A DNA stretch of 64,000 nucleotides from Negaprion brevirostris (Eukaryota). The position numbers and the translations under genes are program-made. The stretch is from positions 73,930,919 through 73,994,918 of the forward strand of contig JARDVH010000132.1 of NCBI GenBank assembly GCA_030324005.1, written 5' to 3'. The notes under the pieces were generated by a model. That model did no database searches, was not told the DNA's origin, and saw only the letters and a list, made by a program, of their open reading frames with translations. Positions 12,146 to 23,844 of this stretch are shown here, one piece after another. Each line of letters opens with the position of its first letter. Position 1 is the first letter of the stretch.

Positions 12146-14589
12146 GTTTGATATTTTTGACAAAGTTTTGTAATAAAAAAGGCAAGACAGTTAATTCTGG
12201 CACCACAGTCGTGAAGGAGGGTCAGGAATGGTCACCCTGATTCATGACTCATACCAGAAGGAGCAGTCATGTGGGAGTTCTAAGCATCTGAGGCACATCG
12301 GGGTCGATGTTTAAAGATAGTTTAAGAGTTGCAACTCGATCATGATGGGGTCTGAGTTGAGATGTGAGAAAAACATATGGTTTTTCCTGCGGTACTCCAT
12401 AGAGACTTTTTATTGATAAGTCATTGTTTCACATTTTGTGTAGCATCATTACACAGTTTAGGAATTTTTTTCTGTTAATATGAATATTTATGGTTGAGCT
12501 TAAAAGCCTGTTGTCTGCGTAAGTTTGCCCTTTATCAAATCCTAAAGTTAAGAACAAATGGTAAGGGTGAACAGGAGCATGCATCTCTGACATATCACCC
12601 AGTTCTATTGCCCATTAGGTGGTTGACAGAGCCAGCTTATTTCTCACTGCTGGGAATATGGTATGGCACCTTTCCTTAAGCCTCCCCTGGCCACTTTGCT
12701 GGTCCCTCACTTCCCAGCCCATCCCCGATCGATTGGGAAAATTCAGCTCACCTCTCCAGGTCAAAATCCATTCTGATGAGAAGAATTAGTCTGAAATGTT
12801 GGACTGAATTTTAATTTGTGGGAGCAGTGGGTTTGGAAGTGGTTGAGGGAAAATTGACAGCTGGCTGCAACATTATTTGACTTCAAGTTGAACTGCAGCA
12901 TGTTAGTCTCAGAGAGGCAGGTTGTCAATTTCAATATGCTAATTGTTCAATTGTAGCAATGTTAACAAAGCATTCGGGAATTTAACTGTGAGCACACAGG
13001 TTTCCTGGACTTGTGGAACTAGCCAGTAACAGGAAGGTGAGAACACAATGGCAATTCAGGAGACTGGGAGGCTGAACACATGGTAGACAAATAATCCAAT
13101 AACTACTGAAATTGCACAACTGCTTTGTTTCTTGCTTGTGTGAGGCTTTGTTCACAGCATTTGTACTGTGAAGTTACTTTGACAACTTTGAAGCTTGCTT
13201 TCACAACTTTGGAGGTTTGTTTGACAACGTTGAATGTCTGTATGTTTGATCTTTGCATTGGAGATCTGATCCGTCAGATCAGCATTTGTGTTTCGGACCC
13301 CCAGATGAGGACAAAGGAGACCAGCAGTATCAACAGCAGCATCAGCAGGGGCACCAGGAGTAGCAACAGCAGTAATACCACAGCTGGAGCAACAGCCAAC
13401 TGCTTGTAGACCTGCCACTCCACAGACAGGAGTGAAGCAAAGAAATACAGCTTACTGGGGCCCCATACCATAACAAAGGGTCTATAAGCAGAGGATAAGC
13501 TTCTTCATGAGTACTTCAGGAGGCTTATATTGTGTATTGGAAAACATGTGCAGCCTTCCGGAATAAGATTTGTTGCCAAATGATTCCGGTGGTCACACTT
13601 TAACAGTGGCTGTCAAAGTCATCAAGTATTTTGCCTCTGAATCCTTTAAGGACAGTTCTGGGGATATTTGCAGATCTTGCCATTGGTGGCCTATAAATGC
13701 ATTAGACAGAGGACTGACAGCTTGTTGACCAGAACAGTTATGTGCAATGATGCCAATCAGAACCATTGTGTATTCATTTTGTTCCTAGTTGGAATAAGGA
13801 CACTTAAGGGAGCAATTAAGTGACGTCCTGATGATGTCATCAGGTTCTTGTGTGGGCAAATGGGCAGTCTCTCCTAACAGCCTAAAAACACCTTTCCAAT
13901 AATGCTCTTGTTCCTTTGTACCTTCATAGCATGCAAGCCAATCCTTTAAAAATACCACAAGAACGAGCAGGCTTTTGGATTCGCAACTGTAAGAGGCATC
14001 CCACTGGTACCTAATATATTCAACTGCACACATGTAACAAGGCATCTCCAGATCACTCAGGAGTCTTCTTCAGCTTCTCAGGCTTCCATTGCATCAATGA
14101 GCAGTCGTTGTGCAACCACAAAACATATGTTTATGGAGCTGTGAACAAGATTACCAGGTAGCTGCTATTATACATTTGTTCTGCAGCAGTTCACCCTCCC
14201 TGATCTCCTTCCACCTCAAAGCAGTCTTACTGACTGGTTGCTTGAGTACAAAGGGTACGCCGTAAAATGTGCCTGATGTTACTGATGACAAGTGACCCTC
14301 AGTGAATGAAGCCCTGGAGCAATCAAATAAAAACCATATGACAACCTTTTGTGTAATTGAGCAAACTATCAGCTTGTGCAGGATGTCCTTCAGGAGAATG
14401 GGCACATCCAAAAGTGTCCTACAAAACACACGAGCTAGCGTCCCCAGAAAGGTCAAGGTGTGCTGTGGTCCATATAACATTGCTCAGCAGAGAGGGTTTT
14501 GACAGGTTAGAAGAAACAAGGCGCAGAGCACAGGGCCTCTAAATTGGGAGGCAGTGGCGCAGTGATATTGTCAATTGACGGGTAATCAT

Positions 14590-14700
14590 GTGGACGTTCT
14601 CCACTCACCTGACGAAGGAACACTGTTCCGAAAGCTTGTGGTATTTACTGTCAAATAAACCTACTGGAATTTAACCTGGTGTTGTGAGACTTCTTACTAA
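14590..14700 (+). mobile_element. Penelope-like element terminal fragment inserted in the tRNA-like head
   Basis: ccactcacctgacgaagg...ccgaaagcttgtg...aataaacc...cctggtgttgtgagacttcttact, the same family as 61763-62275. Flanked by the imperfect direct repeat tgacgggtaatc / tgactggtaacc. Confidence 0.75.
14605..14641 (+). ncRNA. Minimal type-I hammerhead ribozyme motif (Penelope type)
   Basis: cac-CUGACGA-a-GGAAC-acu-GUUCC-GAAA-GCU-U-gug: intact core, stem II, palindromic stem III and a 3-bp stem I. Confidence 0.65.
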
Positions 14701-17699
14701 GATGACTGGTAACCCAGAGACCCAAGATAATGCTCTGAGGACCCGGGTTCAAATCCCACCATGCCAGATGGCGGAATTTAAAAGCTCAATAAACCATCTG
14801 CAATTGACAGCCTAATGATAGCCATGGAACTATTATCGACTGCCATAAAAACCCATCTGGATCATTAATGCCCTTTAGGGAAGAAAACCTTACCCGGTTT
14901 GGTCTACATGTGACTCCAGACCCACAACAACATAGTTGACTCTCAAATGCCCTCTGAAATGGCTTGGCAAACAACAAAGGAAACAAAATGAATGAAAGTG
15001 AACAAACCATACAGCATCAACCTCAGCACGGAAACGACAACAGCAGAGCCCTGTCGACTCTGCAAAGTCCTCCTTATCAACATCTGGTGGTTTGCATCAA
15101 AGTTGAGAGAGTTGTCTCATGGATAGTCAAGCAACAACCTGATATATTCATACTGACAGAATCACAGTTTACCGATAATGTTGCGGACACCACCAGCACC
15201 ATTCCTGGGTATGTCCTGTGTCACCAGCAGGACAGACCAGCAGAGGTGGCACAGTGGTATACAGTCAGGAGGGAGTTGCCCTTGGAGTCCTTAACATTAA
15301 CTGTGAATCCCATGAAGTCTCATGGCAGTAAATCAATCATGGGCAAGGAAAGCTCCTGCTGATTACCATGGAGCATCTCTCCTCAACTGAAGAATCAGTA
15401 CTCCTCCATGTTGAACACCACTTGGGGGAAGCACTGAGGGCACAAAACTTATTCTGGCTGGGAAATTTCAATGTCCTCCAAAAGTGGCTTGGTAGTGCCA
15501 CCACAGACCAAGCTGGCTGGGTCCTAAAGGACATAACTGCTAGACTCGGACAGCAACAGGTGGTGAGGGAACCAACAAGAGGGGAAAACATACTTGACCT
15601 CATCCTCACCAACCTATCTGCTGCCGGTGCATCTGCCCATGACAGCATTGGTAGGAGCGGCCACCGCACAGTCCTTATGGAAATGAAGCCCTTTCTTCAC
15701 ATTGAGGATGCCCTCCAGCATGTTGTGCGGCACTACCACCATCCTAAATGGGATATTCTCCAAACAGAGTGAGCAACTCAAGACTGGGTATCCATGAGGT
15801 GCTGTGGCCAATCAGCAGCTGTATAATTGTACTCAATCACAATCTGTAACCTCATTGACTGGCATATTCCCCATTCTACAAGGCTGAGCATAAGATTGCC
15901 CATTCGTGTCAGGGGGATGAGTAAGGTTAATACATGGTGTTACAGGGGTATGGCCTGAGTGGGATTGGTATAGGTGCAGGCTCAATGGGCTAATCCTTCT
16001 GCATTATAGTGATTATATGATTTAATGAAACATTCAATTGCTCTATTACTGATAAATAGTGGCAGCAGTGTGTACCATTTACAAGATGCACTTGAGGAAC
16101 TCACCAATGTTCCTTAGGCAGCATTTTCCAAATACCACGGTCAGTACCATCAAGAAAGACAAGAACAACAGACACCATGAACACCAACAGCAGAAAGCTC
16201 CCCTCCAAGCCACTTACCATCTTGAGTTGGAAACAAATCATCGTTCCTACTGTCACTGGATCAAAATCTTCTTAGGCACTCCCTACCAGCACTGTGGGTG
16301 TATCTACACCTCAGAGACTGCAGCAGTTCAAGAAAGCAGCTCGCTACCACCTTCTCAAGGGCAACTAGGGATGGGCAATAAATATTGGCTTGCCAGCAAT
16401 GCCCACATCCTGTAAGTGCATTTTAAAAAAAGACAATTCCAAGGAGGGGAAGAGGAAGAGAAAGCAGAACACAATGTGGCTATGGCACCAGCAATGGTGC
16501 ACATTATGGCCTGAGATATATCCTCGTTATTACAAGGTTCACTTAGGGTCCATTGAACATGCAGATACTCCCATTGAACGTTCAGATACAAAAGTCACAT
16601 TCGCATAACCCAATCTTACCCAGAAACAAGGCAGTTCAGCAAACAATCATCCTTTACACAGCCATCCATGGCCCAACATCATTTTATGTCTCACCATACA
16701 TTGCAAGTGAAAGGCATGCTTCCAAAACTGTGCAATGTAGAGAGGTGGAAATAAATGATCCTTCTATGGTCCAAAAATAAAATACAAACTGAACAGTGTA
16801 ACATTGTATAGCAGATTCATGTACTTCCTCGTGTGCAACTGCAAGCTCTTACTTTTCCACTTCCTAATACTCATACATGGTGCAACCCCTATGATTTCAG
16901 CAGAGGTAGAGACAGGCTGCTTACATTCTTACTTGGACAATTGAGATGATCTTGGCCAATGTCCCCCAGGTTTTAGAGCCAGTGATGAATCTACCAAAGA
17001 CTGTTCTGGCTCTATGAGGGCAGATCACCATTCAGAATTTGGGCTAGTGACAGCAGGAGGGCTGGGGAATTTAATATGCCTTTAAGGGATTGCAGCATGG
17101 CATCACTAGAAGGAAGTGCATCTTCAAGTCTTATACTTCTGTATAAATATTGCATGTGCCTAATCACAATAAATGGATTGACAACATTTGAGAGTTTGGT
17201 GCCTTTATATCATTTTTAAAAGATAGCATGGTATGCAGCAGTAGTTTCTTTCAAAAAATATAGTATTCAGCCTGGTAGCAAAATTAAGTACATGTATGAC
17301 ATGATGATTGTGCTACATGGCATAAAAAGATCAGACTGCAGTGGAGTTGCAACTTCAGAGAATGCTGTTATCACAATGTGGGGACGGCACAGAGGAACTC
17401 TGAAGACAGTGCAGAGATAATGTGAAAGCAAAAAATTCATAAGTAACCCTTGTGGTGAGATTGCTGTGCATAGCCTGCCAATTCATGAGAGGGACATTGC
17501 ATCGAGAAGACCAGCATTGGGTTAGCACAGTTGGGAAAGGCAAGTGGCCAGGTTGTAGACCTGATTAATAGCAAACAAGGGAGAGTGAAACAAAAAAGAC
17601 AATGAACCCGTCATAAAAATTCGGCCAGTGAAAGTTGAGATTTTAATGGGTGGAATTTTGGAAACATGTGAAAATGCCTATGGGAACACTAGTGCCAGG

Positions 17700-18290
17700 A
17701 ATTGTAGAAGGAAGGTCAATGGGATATTGTCAAAATGTCCATAGAGTTCCACAGTTTAAATTGGGATGTGGGTGACCTACATACAAAGCTATGGCTACTT
17801 GATTCAGGGATGCTTGATAAAAATTTGCCAGGGTTAACAGAAAAAGGATCCCTAATGGACTACATTAGATAACCAGTTCTGAATTAGGCTAAATTTCCAT
17901 ACTCATCAACTAGAGTTCATGTTATTTTGAGAACAGCCTACAGAATCCTTAGGCCACTTAGCAAACACAGAAAAGGGTACGACCTCTGGATTTTCAAATG
18001 CAGAGCTAACAGTCAGAATTATTAAGTTGGTGACCGCATCCACTTCCATGGAAGTACGCCAGAAAGATCTGCTAAACAAACCCAAGATGTAGAGCATCAA
18101 AGAGTTACTCAAGGATGGACATGTGTACAAAGCCATCTGCACAGGTTAACAGAGCTCACAGGCCCTTACTAGAACGCAAGTTGTTGATGCAATTGCAAAA
18201 ACACCCAAACTGAGCAAGCCATGTTAAAGTTGTGGCCTCTGCCTGAACCAAGAAAATGTCAAGCTTTACGACAATTCTGAGAGACATGTG
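17700..18290 (+). mobile_element. Ty3/Gypsy gag remnant nested in the Harbinger element
   Basis: Broken peptides IRLNFHTHQLEFMLF.EQPTESLGHL, FSNAELTVRIIKLVTASTSMEVRQKDLLNKPK and a Cys-rich knuckle remnant near 18230-18260. Confidence 0.45.
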
Positions 18291-18859
18291 TCAGAAAGGG
18301 ACATTGACAGTGGCAGTGCACTAGAGCAAAAACTAATGCAGCTACAAAGAGCTATGCACTGATCTAGACAGACTGTAGATAACAGGTACCTTCTAGTAAT
18401 AAGAATAATTGTGCAGTATCCTGTCAAAAATATATGCATAAGGAGATTGACAGACCAGAATACACTAATTAGCATAATGAGACAAAGTGGTGAACATGTT
18501 TCACACCATCAGTTTTGTGGAAAACAAAGATGCCAACTCACTGTTGTCATTAGACAGTGTGTCATGCAATCCAGCTTTAGTTTCATTTTTGTTTTCAGCA
18601 GAGTACACACACACAGCTCTGAGGCTCTGATGTTTGCAAGCTTTACGCCTGTGTATAAATGTTCCCATGTTTCTCAATAAGTGAGCCCACAATGTGTTCA
18701 GCCAATCATTTATGAGTGCTTTTTATATCATTATAAAAACAGGGCAGGTGGGAAACAAGTGGGAAATGGAGCACTTTGAGCTAAGTCCTCACTTGTATGT
18801 TCCCCACTTTGATTCTCCTCTTTCTGCTCAATCACATTTCCCTGCTGGTAGTGAGAACA

Positions 18860-21027
18860 TTTTACTGCAGATCTAAGGGGTATAAATGGCATTTGCTGCT
18901 CCATGCTTCCCATAGATGAATAATCATTGTAAAACCTGTGACACGATGTGACTCGTGCCTGACACAAGCTCCTTTGGTCTCTCTGTAAGTATGCGCAGTG
19001 TGGGTGGAACACCTGCAAGTATGTTTACACACTCTTTGCTGCTGGTTCAGGAGTATCCTTTTCATTGGCAGCTCCAAAGCTTCAACATCTGCACCCCAAC
19101 CCTGTGACACTGCACTGTCAGAGTGAGTGACATCCTCTGAGGAGGTACCGTCGTCCTCCTGCACCACAATTTGCAGGAAGCCTGGGGGGGCTCTGTTGGA
19201 GATTAAAGACATGAGTTAAAACTGTCAAGGTAAGGATGAATGATCATTATGCACATGATCATAGTTCACTTGCTGCTGACATTAAGTCAACATGATTAAT
19301 GTGTCTATTTGGCTGTCTGACATTTAATTCTTTCACCAGGTAGCTGGGAGCCCCAATCTCTCCATCTCTGATGGTCAGGAATGCTGAGACTCCACTAAGA
19401 GAAAGATAGGAGTGAGAGTAATAGGTTATGTTGAATGAATAGGTGGACATTTGTTGTCATTATGCTGATTTTCCCAAAAAAAGGCTGAAATTTTNNNNNN
19501 NNNNNNNNNNNNNNNNNNNNNNNNNNNNNNNNNNNNNNNNNNNNNNNNNNNNNNNNNNNNNNNNNNNNNNNNNNNNNNNNNNNNNNNNNNNNNNNNNNNN
19601 NNNNNNNNNNNNNNNNNNNNNNNNNNNNNNNNNNNNNNNNNNNNNNNNNNNNNNNNGAGGCCATAAAACCCCACCCAAAGTGTCCAACCAACAGGAAACC
19701 TCCTGTTTCCCTGCCCATTTTTTGGGAAAGCTGAGTTTTATGAATTTATGGCACTCTTGCAATACAGAGGCCGTGAGGTGATTCACTGGGAGAGGTGGAG
19801 CCTAAACCTGCTGGAGAAACAAACTGCTCAGGGGGCCATCGGGCATGTACCGAACTCTGAGCATATTGGGAGATTGGATGACCTTTCATCTCCAGAAGTT
19901 GCCGGCCCCATCCTACCTTAGACGTCATCGGCCTCCTGAAGAGAGACCCCTGATGGCCTGTCCTGACCCCCAGTGGCTGGCCCCAACCCCCAATGGCAGA
20001 CCCTGATCCCAGATGGCCAGTACCCACCACTAGCCCAATGCTGACTCCCCCTTCCCTCCTTCCTAGCTCCCTCTTTCCACATCTGGTTCTTCAGCTGCCT
20101 AGCCTTGCCCCATATGTGAGGGTCTGCCCTCTTGGCACTGCCCAGTGCCCAGCAGGCACTGCCAGGGTGCCAGACTGACAGTTCCAGGGTGCCATGTCGT
20201 CAGTGCCAGGGTGCCAGGCCGACACTGTGCAAGGGCACTGCCCCCCCCCATGCCCTGACTTCCAGGAGACTTCAATGGCTCACAGTCCTACCAGCTATGA
20301 TCCCCACTGTTGTGGACTTCCCTTGGCAGCGTTGGGAATCCAAGTGAGCCTAGACAATTGCATGCGGAACTTAATAAATAGATTTAAATCAGCCACTGAA
20401 TATTAAAATCAGCTTCACACTGGTAAAAGTGTCATGAGAAGTTCACAACCAGCCAGACGTCGGTCACAAATCCCATTTTTGGCCTCCCACTTCCATTTCC
20501 CACCCTGCTACTCAACCAGTGTAGCAAGGAAATTGAGCACAATGATAATGATACCTCGAGCTGAGGCTGAGTTTGGTTGCTGGATGGATATTTGAGGGTA
20601 CGAGGGAGTGCATACATTGAGTGAGATGGGAGTATCTACATCATAGTTTGGTATGAGCAATGACGTGCTGGAGTAGGCTTGATGTGGCAGAGTGAGGGGT
20701 TTGAAATGATGCCTCACATCAGGATGTGTTGATTGTGCCACAGTACCCACTTTTCCTGCCCCACTTATCTCATTAAACTGCATGCAGTCATTGAATCCAG
20801 GAGCATTCCTGTTGCTGATTTCATGGACAAACCTCCAACCAGGTCTTCTTGGTTTCACCAACAGACTCCTTTGTCCCATCAGTAAGAAGCACTCTCACGC
20901 TTCCAGCCCTCAGTGTCACACTCAGAAAAGTGTCACTGAAATGAGACATAGCTTTTGAATCTGTGACCTGTTGATTCATTTTATGTTGCCCCCAAATCGA
21001 GAATCTAGCAAATTTCATGTTTGCCAT
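18860..21027 (-). pseudogene. Harbinger Myb/SANT-like accessory protein remnant (probably multi-exon)
   Basis: SHFSDTFLSVTLRAGSVRVLL.DG.K...TKKTWLEV / HEISNRN...CMQFNEI resembles the PRFS..L.VLL...W.EVA..S....QCRKRFNDL motif. An acidic/Ser-rich downstream part lies near 18860-19200. Confidence 0.6.
19482..20506. mobile_element. GC-rich non-autonomous Harbinger-type element nested in the large Harbinger
   Basis: Ends aggctgaaatttt...atttcccaccct, with internal tggcactgcc/gtgccaggg repeats shared with 5200-5330 and 54870-55020. Confidence 0.5.
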
Positions 21028-21274
21028 TCTCCGTTTAAATACTGAAGTTGGGATCCATTCATGTGGCTTGTTGTCACATCCACTAATCAGTCAGGAAATA
21101 GAAGTGCCGTAGAAGTGTAAAAAAGTCACTGATGGATATGTTGCACTCCTGGGTTATCCATGCATTACTGCACCTGCCAGTCCAGCTTCCAGTATGCCAG
21201 GAGCTTAAAATCCAGCCCATTAACTCTGTTTCTCCAAAGATGCCACTGAGCATTTACAGCACATTGTACAAATT

Positions 21275-21680
21275 AAAGACTTGCATTTATGTAGTGCCTT
21301 CCATGACTATCTCAAAGTATTTTTCAGTCAATGAAGTGCTTTTTGAAATGTAATCATTGTTATAATAAGCCAGCCAATTTGCACAAAGTTAGCTCCCACA
21401 AACAATAAAACGATAATTACCAAATCTAGTTTTATGAATTAGATTGAGGGATAAATCCAGGACATTACAGATAACTCCTCTGCTCTCCTTCAAAGCAGTG
21501 CAGAGATCCTCTGTGTCCACCCGACAGCATCTTATCCAAAAACAGCAACTCCAACAATGCAGCACTCCATTAGAACTGCATTTAAGTGTCAAGCCATAAT
21601 TTGTGTGCTCAACTCCCACATTGGGACTTGAAATTACAACATTATGACTCAGACAAAAGTACAGCTGAGCCACAGCTGAC
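21275..21680 (-). mobile_element. Deu-domain SINE (SacSINE1/AmnSINE-like)
   Basis: L2-type tail (acttgcatttatgtagtgcc), Deu-like core (caatgcagcactccattagaactgca...gtgtcaagcc...gtgctcaa) and tRNA-like head (gggacttgaa...ctgagccacagctgac). A related remnant lies at 50560-51130. Confidence 0.6.
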
Positions 21681-23230
21681 ATCTTTATGTAATATTTTTA
21701 ACATTATATATGTGTAATATACATACATTTCTCCTGTATGTTTGAATGGAAATATTATTAAGTTAATTTATAGTGGCTTTGGGTATTTCACAAAGAAGGA
21801 TGTACATGAACATCAAACAAAGTTAAAAGGCTGAGTTAAAATGTTAGCAGGTTGCTTTTGAGGAACAATACTGTAGGCATCTTGATTATCGTATTACATT
21901 CTATTTGAAGATGGTCCTCTTTATTGCATGTAATTCAACATGGCTGATTTCTGCATTTGACTTTGTGCAGTCTTAACCATGAAAGGAAGTTTTAAAGAGC
22001 AACCAATGCAGCAAAACCATTTCTGTTTAATCTAGGCAGATGATTCAGAAATGCAACCTATGATTTGTTGAAGGTCTCCAAAACTGCAATGTTTGTGACT
22101 GAAGACTTTGATAACCGAATTTCAAAACTCCACAAGGTAACATTTGTCAGTCTTTTCTTAATGTTCCATTTACAAATAATTGACAACAATGAAGTACAGA
22201 CATTACCATCAATAAATTATTTTTTTGCCACATAAGTATAATGGAAAAGTTATGCTTGTTATTAGTATGTTATTAACCAATACAAAATTTCTAACCAAAT
22301 TCTTTTAAGTGCATGTGTTGCCAACTGCTCCAATTGATGTATTCTCCTGACACAGTATATATGTCTTAGTCACAGTAGAAAAAATATTTGGATCTGCATA
22401 AGCCTAAAGCTTAGATCAAATAACCAGATTTTTCCATGTCGAGGCATTAGAATAGCTGTTGTGATTATATTTGTAAGAAACCGGAACAAGTTTCCATTGG
22501 GATCATTTTGATGTTGTGTCATACAGTGGTGTAAAATGAGTGCTAACCAATTGGTAGCTGTTTTGTAGCTCTTCCAAATGTTGGGAATTCCACTGACTTC
22601 ACCTGTTTTCCACAACTGCATAAAGTAAATATGAACCCTATTCTGTGTAAATACAGAATAGAGCAAGTTCAACATGTCAACGTGGGGATTTGAAGCCCAG
22701 TAGGTTAGCTCACAAAAGCTGATTGCACACATCTGATGGATATTGATGCTTCCTGAGAGCACACTGTGAATATGCAGTCCATAATTTTACCCCATTAAAG
22801 TTAATTGGCAGTAAATCACAAGCTCTGCACCAGCAATGCACTCCGTATTTTGATTGCAGGATCTGCCCCCAACTCCGGAGTCTGGACTCAAATCTAGAAA
22901 AAAATTGGAGACTTAATACGTGAATTTAGCAGTGCAAACACCAATTGGTGGTTCATGATTCATGCTCTCCTGGAATCTGACCTAAACCAGTACCTATATG
23001 AAAACAACTAAGACTATTCATGCAATCATAGAGGCACTTGGCAACTTTCCTGACAATAATTTATCTCAGCAGATTTTCATATAAAAAGAAGATTTTTAAA
23101 TGAAATTCAGTTGAAACCATTTAAATCCAATTTTGGATTTCGATCACTGGGGTATGGCAATAGTGTGGGAACGTGACATCGAGGTGGATGATCAGCCATG
23201 ATTATATTGAATGGTGTAGCAAGCTCAACG

Positions 23231-23356
23231 GGGCAAATTTTCCAGTTCTGCCCACCATGGGAATTGTAGTGGGTGAGGAGCAGACTGTGGAAAGGTCTGT
23301 TGACCTTGGGTGGTATTTTTCGGTTTCGGGGTGAGCGCGACCAAAAAATCTAGCCC
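23231..23356. mobile_element. Harbinger-type MITE inserted in a CR1 tail
   Basis: gggcaaattttc...aaaaatctagccc TIRs. It splits gaatggtgtagcaagctc|...|tggcctatgcctgttcc and is similar to 42606-42721. Confidence 0.65.
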
Positions 23357-23562
23357 AAATGGTTGATTGGCCTATGCCTGTTCCAATGAGATGCAGGACC
23401 TGACTATTTGCAAGGTAAAAAAGTGATAATATTTGGTTCAGCATTATTTGTATCATTTTAATTTACTTCTGCATCCTGTTCTGTGCATGCTGGTCTTTTA
23501 ACAGTACTCTTGGAATGTCCCCTTCCTCTTGGGCAGGAGTGACTTTGGCACCTCAAAAACTT

Positions 23563-23844
23563 GGCAGCATGGTGGCACAGTGCTTAGCACTGCTGCCTTA
23601 CAGTACCAGGGAGCCGGGTTTAATTCCTGGTTTGGGTCACTACCTGTGTGGAGTTTGCATGTTCTCCCCATGTCTGTGTGGGCTTCCTCCTGGTGCTTCA
23701 TTTTCCTCCAATAATCTGAAAGACATGCTGGTTAGGCGCATTGACCCAGACAGGTGCGATAGTGTGATGACTAGGGGAATTTCACAGTAACTTCATTGCA
23801 GTGTTAATGTAAGCCTTACTTGTGACTAATAAATAAATAAACTT
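23563..23844 (+). mobile_element. HE1-like V-SINE with type-ii tail
   Basis: ggcagcatggtggcacagtgcttagcactgctgcc head and V-domain, tail gactaggggaatttcacagtaacttcattgcagtgttaatgtaagccttacttgtgactaataaataaataaactt. Confidence 0.85.

Larger units (their letters stand above)
14546..16431 (+). mobile_element. tRNA-headed CR1/Jockey-group LINE, copy 1 (head + endonuclease + 3' tail; RT region deleted or replaced by an HE1 fragment at ~15880-16020)
   Basis: A box TGGCGCAGTGA (14555) and B box GGTTCAAATCC (14746). APE endonuclease motifs KQQPDIFILTES, GNFNV and EPTRGENILDLILTN. Tail caagggcaactagggatgggcaataaat...gcccacatcc + A-run. Confidence 0.8.
13450..16546 (+). pseudogene. Harbinger (HARBI1-like, DDE_Tnp_4) transposase remnant, interrupted by the LINE at 14546-16431
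   Basis: Frameshifted peptides GGHTLTVAVKVIKYFASESF..GDIC / AYKCIRQRTDSL, GFHCINEQSLCNH..RLPGSC..FVLQQ..WLLEYKGY and HMTTFCVIEQTISLCRMSFRRM..VLQ..VCCGPYNIAQQRG. An acidic tail resumes after 16431. Confidence 0.85.
12801..21218 (+). mobile_element. Large decayed PIF/Harbinger DNA transposon with nested insertions
   Basis: TIRs GGACTGAATTTTAA and TTAAAATCCAGCCC (12/14 match), 3-bp flanks gtt/att. Contains a transposase remnant (+) and a Myb/SANT-like remnant (-) in convergent orientation. Confidence 0.8.

Noticed and set aside
13125-13471. Gln/Ser-rich ORFs and heptad-like repeats (tgacaactttg) as a host gene
   Set aside because: They lie inside the Harbinger element, upstream of the transposase core, and are low complexity.
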